In this document: one piece after another, positions 28,628 through 38,378 of the stretch | How positions within the stretch are numbered: position 1 is the stretch's first letter | Layout of the letters: each line of letters starts with the position of its first letter | IMG/VR virus record: IMGVR_UViG_2858553787_000001 | Source of the DNA: an uncultured virus (IMG/VR IMGVR_UViG_2858553787_000001) | Taxonomy: Duplodnaviria; Heunggongvirae; Uroviricota; Caudoviricetes | DNA: 64,000 nt | Strand: one strand, 5' to 3' | Position numbers and translations under genes: made by a program | Notes under the pieces: generated by a model | Seen by the model: the letters and a program-made list of their open reading frames with translations, nothing else | The model's database searches: none | Told to the model about the DNA's origin: nothing

Positions 28628-29527
28628 TCACTTCATGCACTCAAGCTGTTTCATCAGGATATTGTAGGGGATGCTGCCATCCTCGGTCTTACCGTCCATG
28701 TCAAGGACAGGTCCCGGATTAGCGGACGGCTCTGCCGGAGGGGTAGGCTCTGCGGACGGTTTCGGGTCAGCAGGTGGCTCCTTCGGCTCAGTGTGTTTCT
28801 GGCCCACATCTTCCGGTTTCACACCCAGACGGTTCAGGACGATTAGATCCATCTGACGGCTGGAGAAAAGGTGCCCTGCCGTATCCTTCTGGAACGGCTT
28901 CTTTTCTCCGCCCTCGCCCGGTTCACTGTCGGGGTCTTCTTCCGGATCCTCCGGGTCTGCCGGGTCACTGTCCGGCTCGTCCTCTTTCTTTGCAAAGAGG
29001 ATCTCGTCTGCAAAGCCCAGCTCCACCGCCTTCTTCGCATTCATCCATGTCTCATTGCTCATGAGGTTGGCAATACGGGCATGGCTGAGACCGCTCTTTG
29101 CAGCATAGGCATTGATGATGCTCTCCTTGACTTCGTTCAGCACCTCGATGGCTTTCTCCATATCCTTGGTGTTGCCCATCGCAACGGTGCTGGGGTCGTG
29201 GATCATCAGCATGGCAACAGGACTCATCTGGACGGTATCACCGGCCATTGCCACAACGGATGCCGCCGAAGCTGCAATCGCATCGATCTTGACCGTAATG
29301 CTACCTTTGTAGTCCTTAAGCATGGTATAGATCTCAGCAGCGGCGAACACATTGCCGCCCGGAGAGTTGATCCAGACGGTCACATCCCCCTCACCGGATT
29401 CCAGCTCATCCCGGAACATCTGCGGCGTAATTTCATCGCCCCAGAAAGATTCCTCGTCGATGGGCCCTTCCAGCCGGAGGATTCTGGTGTCATCACTGTT
29501 TTTGATCCAGTTCCAGAATTTCTTCAT
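28628..29527 (-). CDS. ClpP-like prohead protease
   Basis: INSPGG, AASAAS, MIHDP, ETW..A..A...GFAD. Confidence 0.93.
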   Translation of the reverse strand: MKKFWNWIKNSDDTRILRLEGPIDEESFWGDEITPQMFRDELESGEGDVTVWINSPGGNVFAAAEIYTMLKDYKGSITVKIDAIAASAASVVAMAGDTVQMSPVAMLMIHDPSTVAMGNTKDMEKAIEVLNEVKESIINAYAAKSGLSHARIANLMSNETWMNAKKAVELGFADEILFAKKEDEPDSDPADPEDPEEDPDSEPGEGGEKKPFQKDTAGHLFSSRQMDLIVLNRLGVKPEDVGQKHTEPKEPPADPKPSAEPTPPAEPSANPGPVLDMDGKTEDGSIPYNILMKQLECMK

Positions 29528-30930
29528 CGGGTTCTCCTTCCTGTTTTTCGTGGCTTACTCTCACTCAGCCGGTTATCGCTGTCAGGTTCTTCTTCCGGGT
29601 CTTCCTCCTCCGGCTGTGTCTGTTTGGGCTGATTCTGCTGGACTGCGGCCGCTTTGTTCTGCTGCGCCACACCTGCATCTCTCAGCTTCACATAGCCGCC
29701 GTTCAGATAGTAGTCGTCACCGCCCTCCTCTGCCGGGATCAGGTCCATGTTTTCGAGCCGATGCACATCATTCGGAGAGAGGAAGCCGTTGCTGATGCCG
29801 GTCGCATAACCGTTCATCCGGCTCTGGTAATCCCCTCGGAGCAGACCGTCCACATTGAATTTCGGGAAGTAGGTATCCTGCTCCTCCTCCAGCAGCAGGT
29901 CCTTGATGATGCCCTGCTCGATGCGGACAAGCCACGGGGTCAGGGAATGCATCACGAAGTTCAGCGACTGGTATTCGATGTTGGAAAAAGTAGCTCTCGA
30001 CAGGTCAGCCACCAGATGCGGAGGCACACGGAAAATGCGGCAGATCTCCGTCACGGAAAACTGCTTCGTCTCCAAAAACTGGCTGTCCTCTGGCGGCAGA
30101 GAGATTGGTTTGTAGGACATCCCCTCTTCCAGAACTGCCACACGATGCGCATTGGAAGCACCGCCATAAGCCGCTTCCCAGCTATCCCGAATACGGTTCG
30201 GGTCTTTCACAACGCCGGGATGTTCCAGCACACCGCTGGGCTGTGCGCCGTTTTTGAAGAAGGACGAGCCGTACTTATCCACCGCAATGGAAGTACCGAG
30301 GCTGTTCTTCATCATGGCGATTGGCGAGAAGCCGATCAGACCATTAAAGCCCAGACCCGGTACATGGAAGATCTCATCCCGGCGAAAGTAGAGGTCTTTG
30401 TTCTGCTCACCCGGAACTTCATCTGTGTAAGCGTGATAGATATAGTAAAGTTCTCCGCTCTCGTCACGGTCCACTTCGACATTTTCCGGCATCAGCGGAT
30501 ACAGACCCAGCACCGTATTCTTGCCATCCCGGACGATCTGCGCATAAGCGTTTCCCCAGAGAAGCAGGTGGGTCATCATCGTTTCCCAGAAGACAAAGGA
30601 TGTCATTTCCGGGTTGGGCTGCCGATACAAAATCTTGTACAGCGGATGATCTCGCGCCTTCTCCTTATTGCCGTTTTTGTCTGTCACCCGGTACAGATGC
30701 AGCGGAAGTGCCGCAATGGACTCTGCCAGCAGACGGACACAGGCGTACACGGTCGGAATTTGCATGGCGGCTTTTTCATCCACCTGCTCCCCGGCATTGG
30801 AACGGCCAAACACAAAGGTCTGCCCGGAATCGCGGACATTATCCGTGATCTGCGGCAGACCCTCTTTCGGCTGTTCTGTTTTGGGAGAATCTCTCGGATT
30901 CTCAAATCCCATCCATTCCCAGAATCCCAT
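29524..30930 (-). CDS. Portal protein (HK97 family)
   Basis: VYACV, PNP.MT, GNAY, G.SP, FF.NG..P.G, F.VPP. Confidence 0.95.
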   Translation of the reverse strand: MGFWEWMGFENPRDSPKTEQPKEGLPQITDNVRDSGQTFVFGRSNAGEQVDEKAAMQIPTVYACVRLLAESIAALPLHLYRVTDKNGNKEKARDHPLYKILYRQPNPEMTSFVFWETMMTHLLLWGNAYAQIVRDGKNTVLGLYPLMPENVEVDRDESGELYYIYHAYTDEVPGEQNKDLYFRRDEIFHVPGLGFNGLIGFSPIAMMKNSLGTSIAVDKYGSSFFKNGAQPSGVLEHPGVVKDPNRIRDSWEAAYGGASNAHRVAVLEEGMSYKPISLPPEDSQFLETKQFSVTEICRIFRVPPHLVADLSRATFSNIEYQSLNFVMHSLTPWLVRIEQGIIKDLLLEEEQDTYFPKFNVDGLLRGDYQSRMNGYATGISNGFLSPNDVHRLENMDLIPAEEGGDDYYLNGGYVKLRDAGVAQQNKAAAVQQNQPKQTQPEEEDPEEEPDSDNRLSESKPRKTGRRTR

Positions 30931-31145
30931 TAGGCATTATCCCCTTTCTCCAGCTCCGGCAGACCGGCAAGGCTGGTACCGAGCGAAGCAACGCCAGCCA
31001 CGATAGCGGCACTGCCAACAGCGACCCAGTCCACACTGCCGCCGGGAAGTTGTGTCACGACCAGAGCCGCGCCGGTCTGACACATGGTCTTCACCGCACG
31101 GATGCCGGCTGCCTTCCACCATTCTGCACTCATCAGATACTTCAT
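30930..31145 (-). CDS. r1t-type holin-like small membrane protein
   Basis: W.KAAGIRA.KT..QT, VDW, S..TS.AGLPE. Confidence 0.75.
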   Translation of the reverse strand: MKYLMSAEWWKAAGIRAVKTMCQTGAALVVTQLPGGSVDWVAVGSAAIVAGVASLGTSLAGLPELEKGDNA

Positions 31146-31169
31146 AGCTTTTTCCTCCAAATCTTCCTA

Positions 31170-32795
31170 TCAAAAAACGATCATGTCACGCTCATCGTAG
31201 ACGCTTCCCTGCTGCTGTCCTTCGTTTCGGATGCAGCGGTCCAGTGCCATGATCGCAGCGACGATACCGTCAATCTTCTCCGGCGACTTTGCCTTGGTCG
31301 GCTTGATGTTGCCTGCCGGGTCGGTGTCCACAACTACGTTGCCGGCCATCCATGCCATGACCGGGTTGCCGCCGTGGACGATGTTGCCCTCCATCAGGAG
31401 CTTGTAGAACTCCTTGGTGGGAGGGCTCATATCTTTGAAGCCCTGTCCGAAAGGTACGACCGTGAATCCCATCCCCTCAAGGTTCTGGGTCATCTGCACC
31501 GCTCCCCATCGGTCAAAGGCAATCTCCAGAATGTGATAGGTCTTGCCCAGCTCCTCGATGACCTTTTCGATAAATCCGTAGTGGATGACATTGCCTTCTG
31601 TCGCCATCAGGTAGCCCTGCTGGTACCAGACATCATACGGAACGGATGCCCTGCGCACACGCTGGGGGATCGTATCCTCCGGAATCCAGAAAAACGGGAG
31701 CATGATGTATTTCTCCTCCGAGGTTCTTGGAGGGAACATCAGCACAAAAGCCGTGATGTCTCCGGTGCTGGACAAGTCCAGTCCGCCATAGCAGTCACGG
31801 CCCTTGAGGGCTTCCAGGTCGATTGGCTGATTGCCGAGGTTGTAGATGTGTTCGGGAATGAACCGGGTCAGCGAGGACACCCACATGTTCAGACGGAGCT
31901 GCTTAAATACGTTCTCCTCTGCGGGGTTATCCAGTGCTTCCTGATACGCATCCCGGACACGCTGGATCTGAATGGTCTGCCCCAATGAGGGATTTGCCTT
32001 ATACCAGTTGGCTTCATCGTGCCAGTCATCTTCATCTGTCAGACCATAGACCACGGGGTAAAAGGTGTGGTCGATCTTACGTCCGGCCAACAGGTCAAGT
32101 GCCTTCATGTGGAGCTCGTAACAGATGCTCTCCTTGTCCGTACCGGCCGTGGTGATCAGGAAGAACAACGGCTGTTCACGGGCATCACCGGAACCTTTGG
32201 TAAGGACATCATAGAGCTTTCGGTTGGGCTGGGCATGAACCTCATCCAGCACCAGACCCGACACGTTCAAACCGTGCTTCGTGCCGACTTCGGCCGACAG
32301 GACTTGATAGAATCCTGCATTGCCGTAATTCACGATACGCTTCGTTGCCGCCATGATCTTGCACCGTTTCAAAAGTGCCGGGGTCATCTGCACCATCTGG
32401 TGGGCTACATCAAAAACGATGGACGCCTGCTGGCGGTCAGCCGCAGCACCATAGACTTCGGCAGAGGGTTCGTTATCGGCAAAAAGCAGATACAGAGCCA
32501 CCGCAGCGGCAAGTTCGGACTTGCCGTTCTTCTTACCGATTTCGACATAAGCCGTGCGAAACTGACGGTTGCCACGCTCATCCACAATGCCAAACACATC
32601 CCGGATGATCTGCTCCTGCCAAGGAAGCAGCCAGAACCGCTTGCCCGCCCACTTGCCTTTGGTATGACGCAGGTTTTCAATAAAGGTCACTGCCCGGTCT
32701 GCTTTTGCAGCATCATAGTGGCAGGTCGGAAGCATGAACCGACTAGGCCTGTAGTCTTTCAGTTTCGGATAGTTTTTGGGTCTTGTTTCTGCCAC
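31170..32795 (-). CDS. terL: Terminase large subunit
   Basis: L.PWQ, KKNGKS, LDEVH, ITTAG, GLDLS, KIDG; GTG start. Confidence 0.95.
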   Translation of the reverse strand: MAETRPKNYPKLKDYRPSRFMLPTCHYDAAKADRAVTFIENLRHTKGKWAGKRFWLLPWQEQIIRDVFGIVDERGNRQFRTAYVEIGKKNGKSELAAAVALYLLFADNEPSAEVYGAAADRQQASIVFDVAHQMVQMTPALLKRCKIMAATKRIVNYGNAGFYQVLSAEVGTKHGLNVSGLVLDEVHAQPNRKLYDVLTKGSGDAREQPLFFLITTAGTDKESICYELHMKALDLLAGRKIDHTFYPVVYGLTDEDDWHDEANWYKANPSLGQTIQIQRVRDAYQEALDNPAEENVFKQLRLNMWVSSLTRFIPEHIYNLGNQPIDLEALKGRDCYGGLDLSSTGDITAFVLMFPPRTSEEKYIMLPFFWIPEDTIPQRVRRASVPYDVWYQQGYLMATEGNVIHYGFIEKVIEELGKTYHILEIAFDRWGAVQMTQNLEGMGFTVVPFGQGFKDMSPPTKEFYKLLMEGNIVHGGNPVMAWMAGNVVVDTDPAGNIKPTKAKSPEKIDGIVAAIMALDRCIRNEGQQQGSVYDERDMIVF

Positions 32796-33236
32796 TGTTA
32801 CACCGCCTCTCTTTCCAGATTGCATCCCTGTTCGTCTTTCTCAGGAAAATTTAGTGTTGCAAAATCACCGAAGAACTTTCTCGCTGCTTTGTCATAAGCC
32901 ACCGCAGCTTCCTCAGCTGTGGCATACGCCCCAAGATAATGTCTTCTACCATGCTCACAGATGCGGGCATGATATTTTTCAGTGCGTTTATCCTTGTAAA
33001 TCCCTTTGTAGCCAGTTGTGTTTCTGTCTGACAGCCTATAATTCCAGTGATTCTGCACATTGGTAGCCACTCGCAGATTACAACGGCGGTTGTCAAACGG
33101 ATTGCCGTTGATATGATCCACTACAACTTCGTTTCCCACATTGAGCAGCAAATGAGATACCATATCTTTTTTTCTATTGGTAGTTACATATCCCCGCTCA
33201 TCAACCGTGCAGATTTTATCTTGGAAGAACGTCAAA

Positions 33237-33923
33237 GTCAGTACCACCAGCTCTGCTGGTGGTTTGGGTTTGCCCTTCCAGGGCGCATTGCATTTCCGCC
33301 TGAAGGCGGTCTAACAAACCATTCCTTTAGTTACTGGTGGCCGCTTAAAAGCGGCTCTTTTTTACTTTTCTGAGTCCCCTTCTAAGCGATCTCTTTCGTA
33401 TTGTTCTTGTATATATTGTTTTATTGTTTCTTCATTAACGTTACCTACCGTTTCGCAATAGTATCCTCTTGCCCAAAAGTGACGATTATTTCTATCTCTA
33501 TATTCTGGATGTCTGTCGAATATCATTAATGCACTCTTTCCTTTGATTCGACCTATTGTTTTTGATACATTTAACTTAGGCGGAATTGATACATACATAT
33601 GTACATGTTCTGGAAGGGTCGCTGCTTTTAATATTGTTACTCCTTCCATTTTACATACTTTTCCTAATATCTCTCCTACATCTTTTCGTAACTTTCCAAA
33701 CATCACTTTCCTTCTATATTTTGGAATAAATACAATATGGTACGTGCAATTATATCTACTATGTGCTAAACTTTGATTATCCATGGATACCTCCGTTGTT
33801 TTTTATGTGGTTTGCTAGACCCACATTCATTGTACAACGGAGGTTTTTAATTTGATACTACATTTATCGCCCCTTGCGTCCACGAGTCTCCCCAGCTCTG
33901 CTGGGGGTTTGAGATTGTTTCAA
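33237..33923 (-). mobile_element. IS200-type element (~687 bp, tnpA only)
   Basis: Low GC; subterminal hairpins sharing CCAGCAGAGCTGG at 33243-33263 and 33890-33906; no target duplication; ends uncertain by 2 bp. Confidence 0.9.
33362..33784 (-). CDS. tnpA: IS200/IS605 Y1 HUH transposase
   Basis: YHIVF.PKYRR, HVH, IKGKS, FWARGYY, YI..Q. Confidence 0.95.
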   Translation of the reverse strand: MDNQSLAHSRYNCTYHIVFIPKYRRKVMFGKLRKDVGEILGKVCKMEGVTILKAATLPEHVHMYVSIPPKLNVSKTIGRIKGKSALMIFDRHPEYRDRNNRHFWARGYYCETVGNVNEETIKQYIQEQYERDRLEGDSEK

Positions 33924-34008
33924 TCACATTTATCAAAGAGAAATTCCCGACCGTTTGCACATCGATATCTGCAGAAATGCTCACCCAACTCAATCCTGTT
34001 TGTCATCA

Positions 34009-34485
34009 TCATTTACCACCTCCCAGCAGGTTCTCCATTTCATCGGCTGCATCCGCAGAGCCGCTGTCCGAAGCAATGATCCGGCTTCGAGAGGACGGGG
34101 TCAGACCGAACTGCTCTGCGAACTTGTTCATGATCTTTAGATAAGTCTGGGCGATGGACACCTGCGGAATTGTCTGCCAGTACCCGGACGGGGTCTTGAC
34201 GATGGTGCCGTGCTGGGTGCTAAACTCCTCCGCCTCTTTCCATCGGGCATACGCCTGACAGTAACCGGCAAAGGCAGCCATATCCACTTCGGTCAGGATG
34301 CCGATGGCTTCCATCTGTTTGGCCAGTCTGCGCCACTCTTTCTTTGCTTCCGGCTCCAGCCACTTCGGACAGGCCGGCGCTTTCTTGTTGGGCTTCGGTT
34401 CGCTGGTGTTCAGCGGATGCTTGCCCGGATTGCCTTCCAGTTCCTTCATGGCGGTCGGCTTTGGTTTTCTGCCTCTGGTAGCCAT
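34009..34485 (-). CDS. terS: Terminase small subunit (P27 family)
   Basis: GRKPKP..K.L.GNPG, P.WL..AK.EW, FGLTPSSR. Confidence 0.92.
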   Translation of the reverse strand: MATRGRKPKPTAMKELEGNPGKHPLNTSEPKPNKKAPACPKWLEPEAKKEWRRLAKQMEAIGILTEVDMAAFAGYCQAYARWKEAEEFSTQHGTIVKTPSGYWQTIPQVSIAQTYLKIMNKFAEQFGLTPSSRSRIIASDSGSADAADEMENLLGGGK

Positions 34486-34613
34486 TGGCATCTCCTCCTT
34501 TCTGCAAAAATGGGTAAAGAAAAAGGACCTCCGAAGAAGTCCTTGAAATCTATATAAAACACATCGGATACGAGGCACATCCCCTTTTCGGGGCGTGTAC
34601 CTTTTGGGTGCTG

Positions 34614-34991
34614 TTATGCGTTGGGGTTGGCTTCCTTCCAAGCCTCGTATTCATCGACCAGCTCCGCTTCCTCGATGACCTGCCAGACGCTGCAGCAGCG
34701 GCTTCTTTGCTGCTCGATCTCCGCTGCTGTCCAGTCTTCCGGCTTGCGGCTCATGTCGTGGTAGGCATCCATCTCCGCTTTCGTCCGGAAGAAAAGGATC
34801 TGCTTCAGCTTCAGCGTTTCCTCGTTGTTCCGCAGGCTGTACCGCCTGTCCTCTGCCGCCCTGCAAAGGCTTCCGAGGTCGTTGCAGCTGAGGGTCATAT
34901 CCTGCTTGAAGGCGATCTCGATGCCGATCAGCTTCTTCTCGGTGTCGGCTTCCTGAATGTTCTTAAGGTAGGTTTTTGCTTTGTTCGTCAT
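34614..34991 (-). CDS. Hypothetical protein
   Basis: GGAGG SD, own promoter. Confidence 0.75.
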   Translation of the reverse strand: MTNKAKTYLKNIQEADTEKKLIGIEIAFKQDMTLSCNDLGSLCRAAEDRRYSLRNNEETLKLKQILFFRTKAEMDAYHDMSRKPEDWTAAEIEQQRSRCCSVWQVIEEAELVDEYEAWKEANPNA

Positions 34992-35190
34992 GGTCTGTAT
35001 CCTCCGTGTGTTTTGTTTTCCGTAGGGCTTTTCCCTTCGTTGTGACTGTATATTACCGTCACTGCCGGATACTATCAAGCGGCTATGCTGCACGATCATA
35101 CACACCTCTTTTTGTCGGATTTATGTGTATTTCCACACTGGAAGAATCCGCCACTACGAGCAAAAGCCCCCGAAGGAGCTCTGCCCTTTT

Positions 35191-35475
35191 TCAATGTGCG
35201 TTCTTGATGCACCATTCAATTGCGTGTCCTGCATCGGTGTAGGTCTCATCGGAAATCTTCAGAAGCTCCAGTCGGCACTCAATCGGTGACCAGCCTTCCT
35301 CTGGGTCTTCCACAAAGCCGTATACCGCTCCCTCCAGCATACCGTTCCAGTTCATCTGGGCAACCAGAACCCTGTCACCGAACTGCATGATGCTGTCGTA
35401 GCAAGGTCTGAGCCTGTCGTAGAAGTTCTCGATGCTGATGTTGTTTTCCGGGAAGTCAATCAAATGCTTTTTCAT
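35191..35475 (-). CDS. Small acidic hypothetical protein
   Basis: GGAGG SD, own promoter. Confidence 0.75.
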   Translation of the reverse strand: MKKHLIDFPENNISIENFYDRLRPCYDSIMQFGDRVLVAQMNWNGMLEGAVYGFVEDPEEGWSPIECRLELLKISDETYTDAGHAIEWCIKNAH

Positions 35476-35610
35476 GGTAAAATCCTCCGTGTTTTCGTTT
35501 TTCCCTTGGGGCTTTCCCCTTTCGGTATGTGCATATTACCGTCAGGTGCAAAGGATAGCAAGCGGCTAAAGTACACGATCTTCCGCCCGGAATACCAAGC
35601 AGAATGTACA

Positions 35611-35817
35611 TCACTCTGCATCCTGTTCCATGCGTTCCACAATGGTATCGTAGAAGAACTGCGGGTCATATGCCAGCGGTTCCCGTCCGGCTTCCTTATC
35701 CATCCTGATCTGGTCTTCCACCATATCCTCGGCATCCTCCAGCGTGAAGGCATCCTTATCGCTGTCGTCCATGTGGTTGTAGATTTCCACGATGACATCC
35801 ATCATCCGTTCTTCCAT
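35611..35817 (-). CDS. Small acidic hypothetical protein
   Basis: AAGGAG SD; D/E-rich 68 aa. Confidence 0.7.
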   Translation of the reverse strand: MEERMMDVIVEIYNHMDDSDKDAFTLEDAEDMVEDQIRMDKEAGREPLAYDPQFFYDTIVERMEQDAE

Positions 35818-35945
35818 GTGCTTCTCCTTCCTGGCGCATCCACGCCGCCACATCTGCCCCTGTCTGGGGCGTTGTCGGTTCACTCGGATTGTTTTGCCAC
35901 CCGTGGCACAAGCCCCTTCGTGGGGCTGTGTCGGGGGCTGCCGGT

Positions 35946-36137
35946 TTATCTGCTCATCCGTCCCAGCAGGTAGGCTTCTTCCATTGCTTTCTGGATGCCC
36001 CAGACCGGAACCTCGATGAAGTCCTCGCTGTCATTGTCGCGGGCTTCGAGGTCGCCCCGGCTGTCTACCGCTGCCATCAGGCGCTTGGCGATCTCCAGCA
36101 GGGCTTTTTCCTCTTCCTTGGTGATGTTCTTCTTCAT
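35946..36137 (-). CDS. DUF6900-like small protein
   Basis: LE.R..D..DF.EV.VW.I..A...AY..G pattern recalled for this family. Confidence 0.65.
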   Translation of the reverse strand: MKKNITKEEEKALLEIAKRLMAAVDSRGDLEARDNDSEDFIEVPVWGIQKAMEEAYLLGRMSR

Positions 36138-36308
36138 GGTATTTTCCTCCGTTTTTCTTGGTTTTCCGTTTCGGTATGTGCATATTACCGTCACTTCCAC
36201 ACACTATCAAGCGGCTATACTACACAAAGATTGGAAATCAGAACTGTGAGTATTACGGTAGAAGAAAAGGGCTGCCGTTTTCCGGCAAGCCCCATGTGTT
36301 TCTCTGGC

Positions 36309-36770
36309 TTAGTAGTCTTCTTCCTCGTCATAGTCCTCTTCGTCGTAGTCCTCTTCGTCCCAGTCATCTTCTTCCTCATCCCAGTCATCATCCTGGTCTT
36401 CTTCCTCATCCTTGAAGTCCCACATGTCTTCGGTCGGCTGGTTTCTAAGGTCTGGGTTCTGCTCGACATAGTCGGCAACCGCTCCGCAAAGGATGTCCAG
36501 AACCTTTTCGTAGGCTTCCTCGCTGTAGACTGCCCAGGCATCTGCAGTCAGCTTTGCGATTTTGTCGTTGCCCTTGACTCCAAGGAACCGCCCTGCAGGG
36601 TTGCAGGTTTCCTTGCCGTAGCCGATGCCCAGCTGGTCGCCGTCGTTGTAAAAGCGGTATCCGATGCGGCTCATTGCCCTTACCAGCTCCCCTGCGAGGC
36701 TGTCTGCCTTGCCCGTCTCCGGTACCAGTTCCCTGAAAAGTTTATTGATGCGTTCTTCGTTCTTCGTCAT
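36309..36770 (-). CDS. Hypothetical protein with poly-acidic C-terminal tail
   Basis: GGAGG SD; tail of DEED(W/Y) repeats. Confidence 0.8.
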   Translation of the reverse strand: MTKNEERINKLFRELVPETGKADSLAGELVRAMSRIGYRFYNDGDQLGIGYGKETCNPAGRFLGVKGNDKIAKLTADAWAVYSEEAYEKVLDILCGAVADYVEQNPDLRNQPTEDMWDFKDEEEDQDDDWDEEEDDWDEEDYDEEDYDEEEDY

Positions 36771-36972
36771 TGTCGTATCCTCCATTTTTGTTGTTTTCCC
36801 CTTTCGGTGACTGTATATTACCGTCACCTCGGAGCACTATCAAGCGGCTAAACTACACGATCATCAAGCCCTGTAATTGTCATATTTATGTGCTTTTCAT
36901 GCCGGCTTTCGGAAGACAGACACGAGCAAAAGGCTGGTCATTTCCAGCCCCTTGCGCCTGTCGGTCTTGCCT

Positions 36973-37233
36973 TTAGCGGATGATTTCGAGGTAGCTTACA
37001 TTGCCCCAGCAGTCCGTTCCCTTGAAGCGGATTCGCTTGTCGGTCTCCCTGTCGAGGGTGAATTTCCGCAGGAGCTTCATCTTCTGGATGCGGTTCAGAA
37101 GGTCTTTGCCGTTCTTCGCATCCTCAACAGCATCCCTGATCTCGACCACCGCGCTGTCGCTTCCGTACCAGAGGTTACTGAGTGCCTCCGGAATTCCGTT
37201 TGCAAGGTAAAGGTTGATTTTTGTGTAGGTCAT
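36973..37233 (-). CDS. Hypothetical protein
   Basis: GAGGAGG SD. Confidence 0.75.
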   Translation of the reverse strand: MTYTKINLYLANGIPEALSNLWYGSDSAVVEIRDAVEDAKNGKDLLNRIQKMKLLRKFTLDRETDKRIRFKGTDCWGNVSYLEIIR

Positions 37234-37248
37234 CGTATTTTCCTCCTC

Positions 37249-37455
37249 TCAGAATGTCATCGTTTCCAGAATCTCATCCATGCCTGTCTCCCAGTCATGG
37301 CGGCTAAGTTCAATTTTGCTGTACATCTCTGCGCTGTCCGGCTCATCGAAAAGCCGGAAGCATTCTCTTGCCAGCTCCTCGCTGGTGTGCTGCTGGATTT
37401 CATCCGGCTGTCCATCCAGCCGTGTAAAGGTGATCTCGTAAGTGTAGCGTTCCAT
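37249..37455 (-). CDS. Small acidic hypothetical protein
   Basis: Own promoter, AAGGGG SD. Confidence 0.7.
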   Translation of the reverse strand: MERYTYEITFTRLDGQPDEIQQHTSEELARECFRLFDEPDSAEMYSKIELSRHDWETGMDEILETMTF

Positions 37456-37663
37456 GTTCTTTGCCCCTTTCGTTTTGGTAGCTGTATATTACCGTCACTG
37501 CCCTGTGATAGCAAGGCCATAAAACGTCATATTATCAACGATCTTCGCCCCTCATGTTTGGTACATATATGACCCCTGATTGACTTGCTATATATGTGTT
37601 TCTGCGGCATTATACACACAACGAAAGCAAAGAAAGCCAAACCAAAAACGGAGGACAAAAACC

Positions 37664-37915
37664 ATGAAAAAGACCATTACAGAAGTTGAAACCGCAATCG
37701 AAAACCGCATCGCAGAGCTTGAAGAAGAATACGAGCTGGACATTTACGACCGCAACGACATCCGGGAAGAAGAATACCAGAAAGCCGGATGGCGGCACGA
37801 CCCTTTCCCAGAGGAGCTTGAGGAAGAGGACGAAGAAGAGGAAGAGGATTGGCACTACCACAGCATGGAGGAACGACTGAACGAGGTCGGCATGAGCAGG
37901 AGGGATTTCTTCTAA
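37664..37915 (+). CDS. Highly acidic small protein (only convincing plus-strand gene)
   Basis: Promoter 37585-613, GGAGG SD, downstream hairpin. Confidence 0.8.
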   Translation: MKKTITEVETAIENRIAELEEEYELDIYDRNDIREEEYQKAGWRHDPFPEELEEEDEEEEEDWHYHSMEERLNEVGMSRRDFF

Positions 37916-38114
37916 GGAATCCCCCAGAGGCTCCCCAGCAGAGGCTGGGGCTCTGCCTCGTATCCCCTGTTTGGGTTTGGTATGATACACAAAACCGCTG
38001 CCAGATGTTTGTGTACATTATGGCGGCGGTTCTCCTTGCTATTGTTGCTTTCCAGAGCTAATATACAGTAAACTGGAAGGGGGTTCTCATTCTTTTGAGG
38101 CCCCCATTTTCCGT

Positions 38115-38306
38115 CTAATCGGCTTCGCCCTGTATTGTCAGATGCATCAACCTGCGGTTATGCGCTCTGGCTTTCTTTTTCAGGTCCCTTTTCCATCTGC
38201 GGATGGTCACCGCCCTGCAGTGGTTTCTTGACCATTCGTATTCATCCAGAATGTATCTGCCGCCGTGTTCCCTCTCGCCATAAGCAGGCATCTTTCTGTG
38301 TCCCAT
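38115..38306 (-). CDS. Small basic hypothetical protein
   Basis: AGGAGGAG SD. Confidence 0.65.
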   Translation of the reverse strand: MGHRKMPAYGEREHGGRYILDEYEWSRNHCRAVTIRRWKRDLKKKARAHNRRLMHLTIQGEAD

Positions 38307-38378
38307 AGGCTCCTCCTGTTAAACCAAGCCCTCCCGGTCTTTTCTGGCCGAGAGGGTATTTTTTCTAATTGTGGTATC

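Larger units (their letters stand above)
32798..34012 (-). pseudogene. HNH-AP2 homing endonuclease gene interrupted by IS200
   Basis: 5' part 34012-33924 and 3' part 33236-32798 join in frame (175 aa); VDHINGN..DNRRCNLR and AP2 (YLG.Y.T.EEAA.AYD). Confidence 0.85.

Noticed and set aside
33237..33361. TnpB/omegaRNA associated with the IS200
   Set aside because: Only ~125 bp follows tnpA; no tnpB or iscB remnant recognisable
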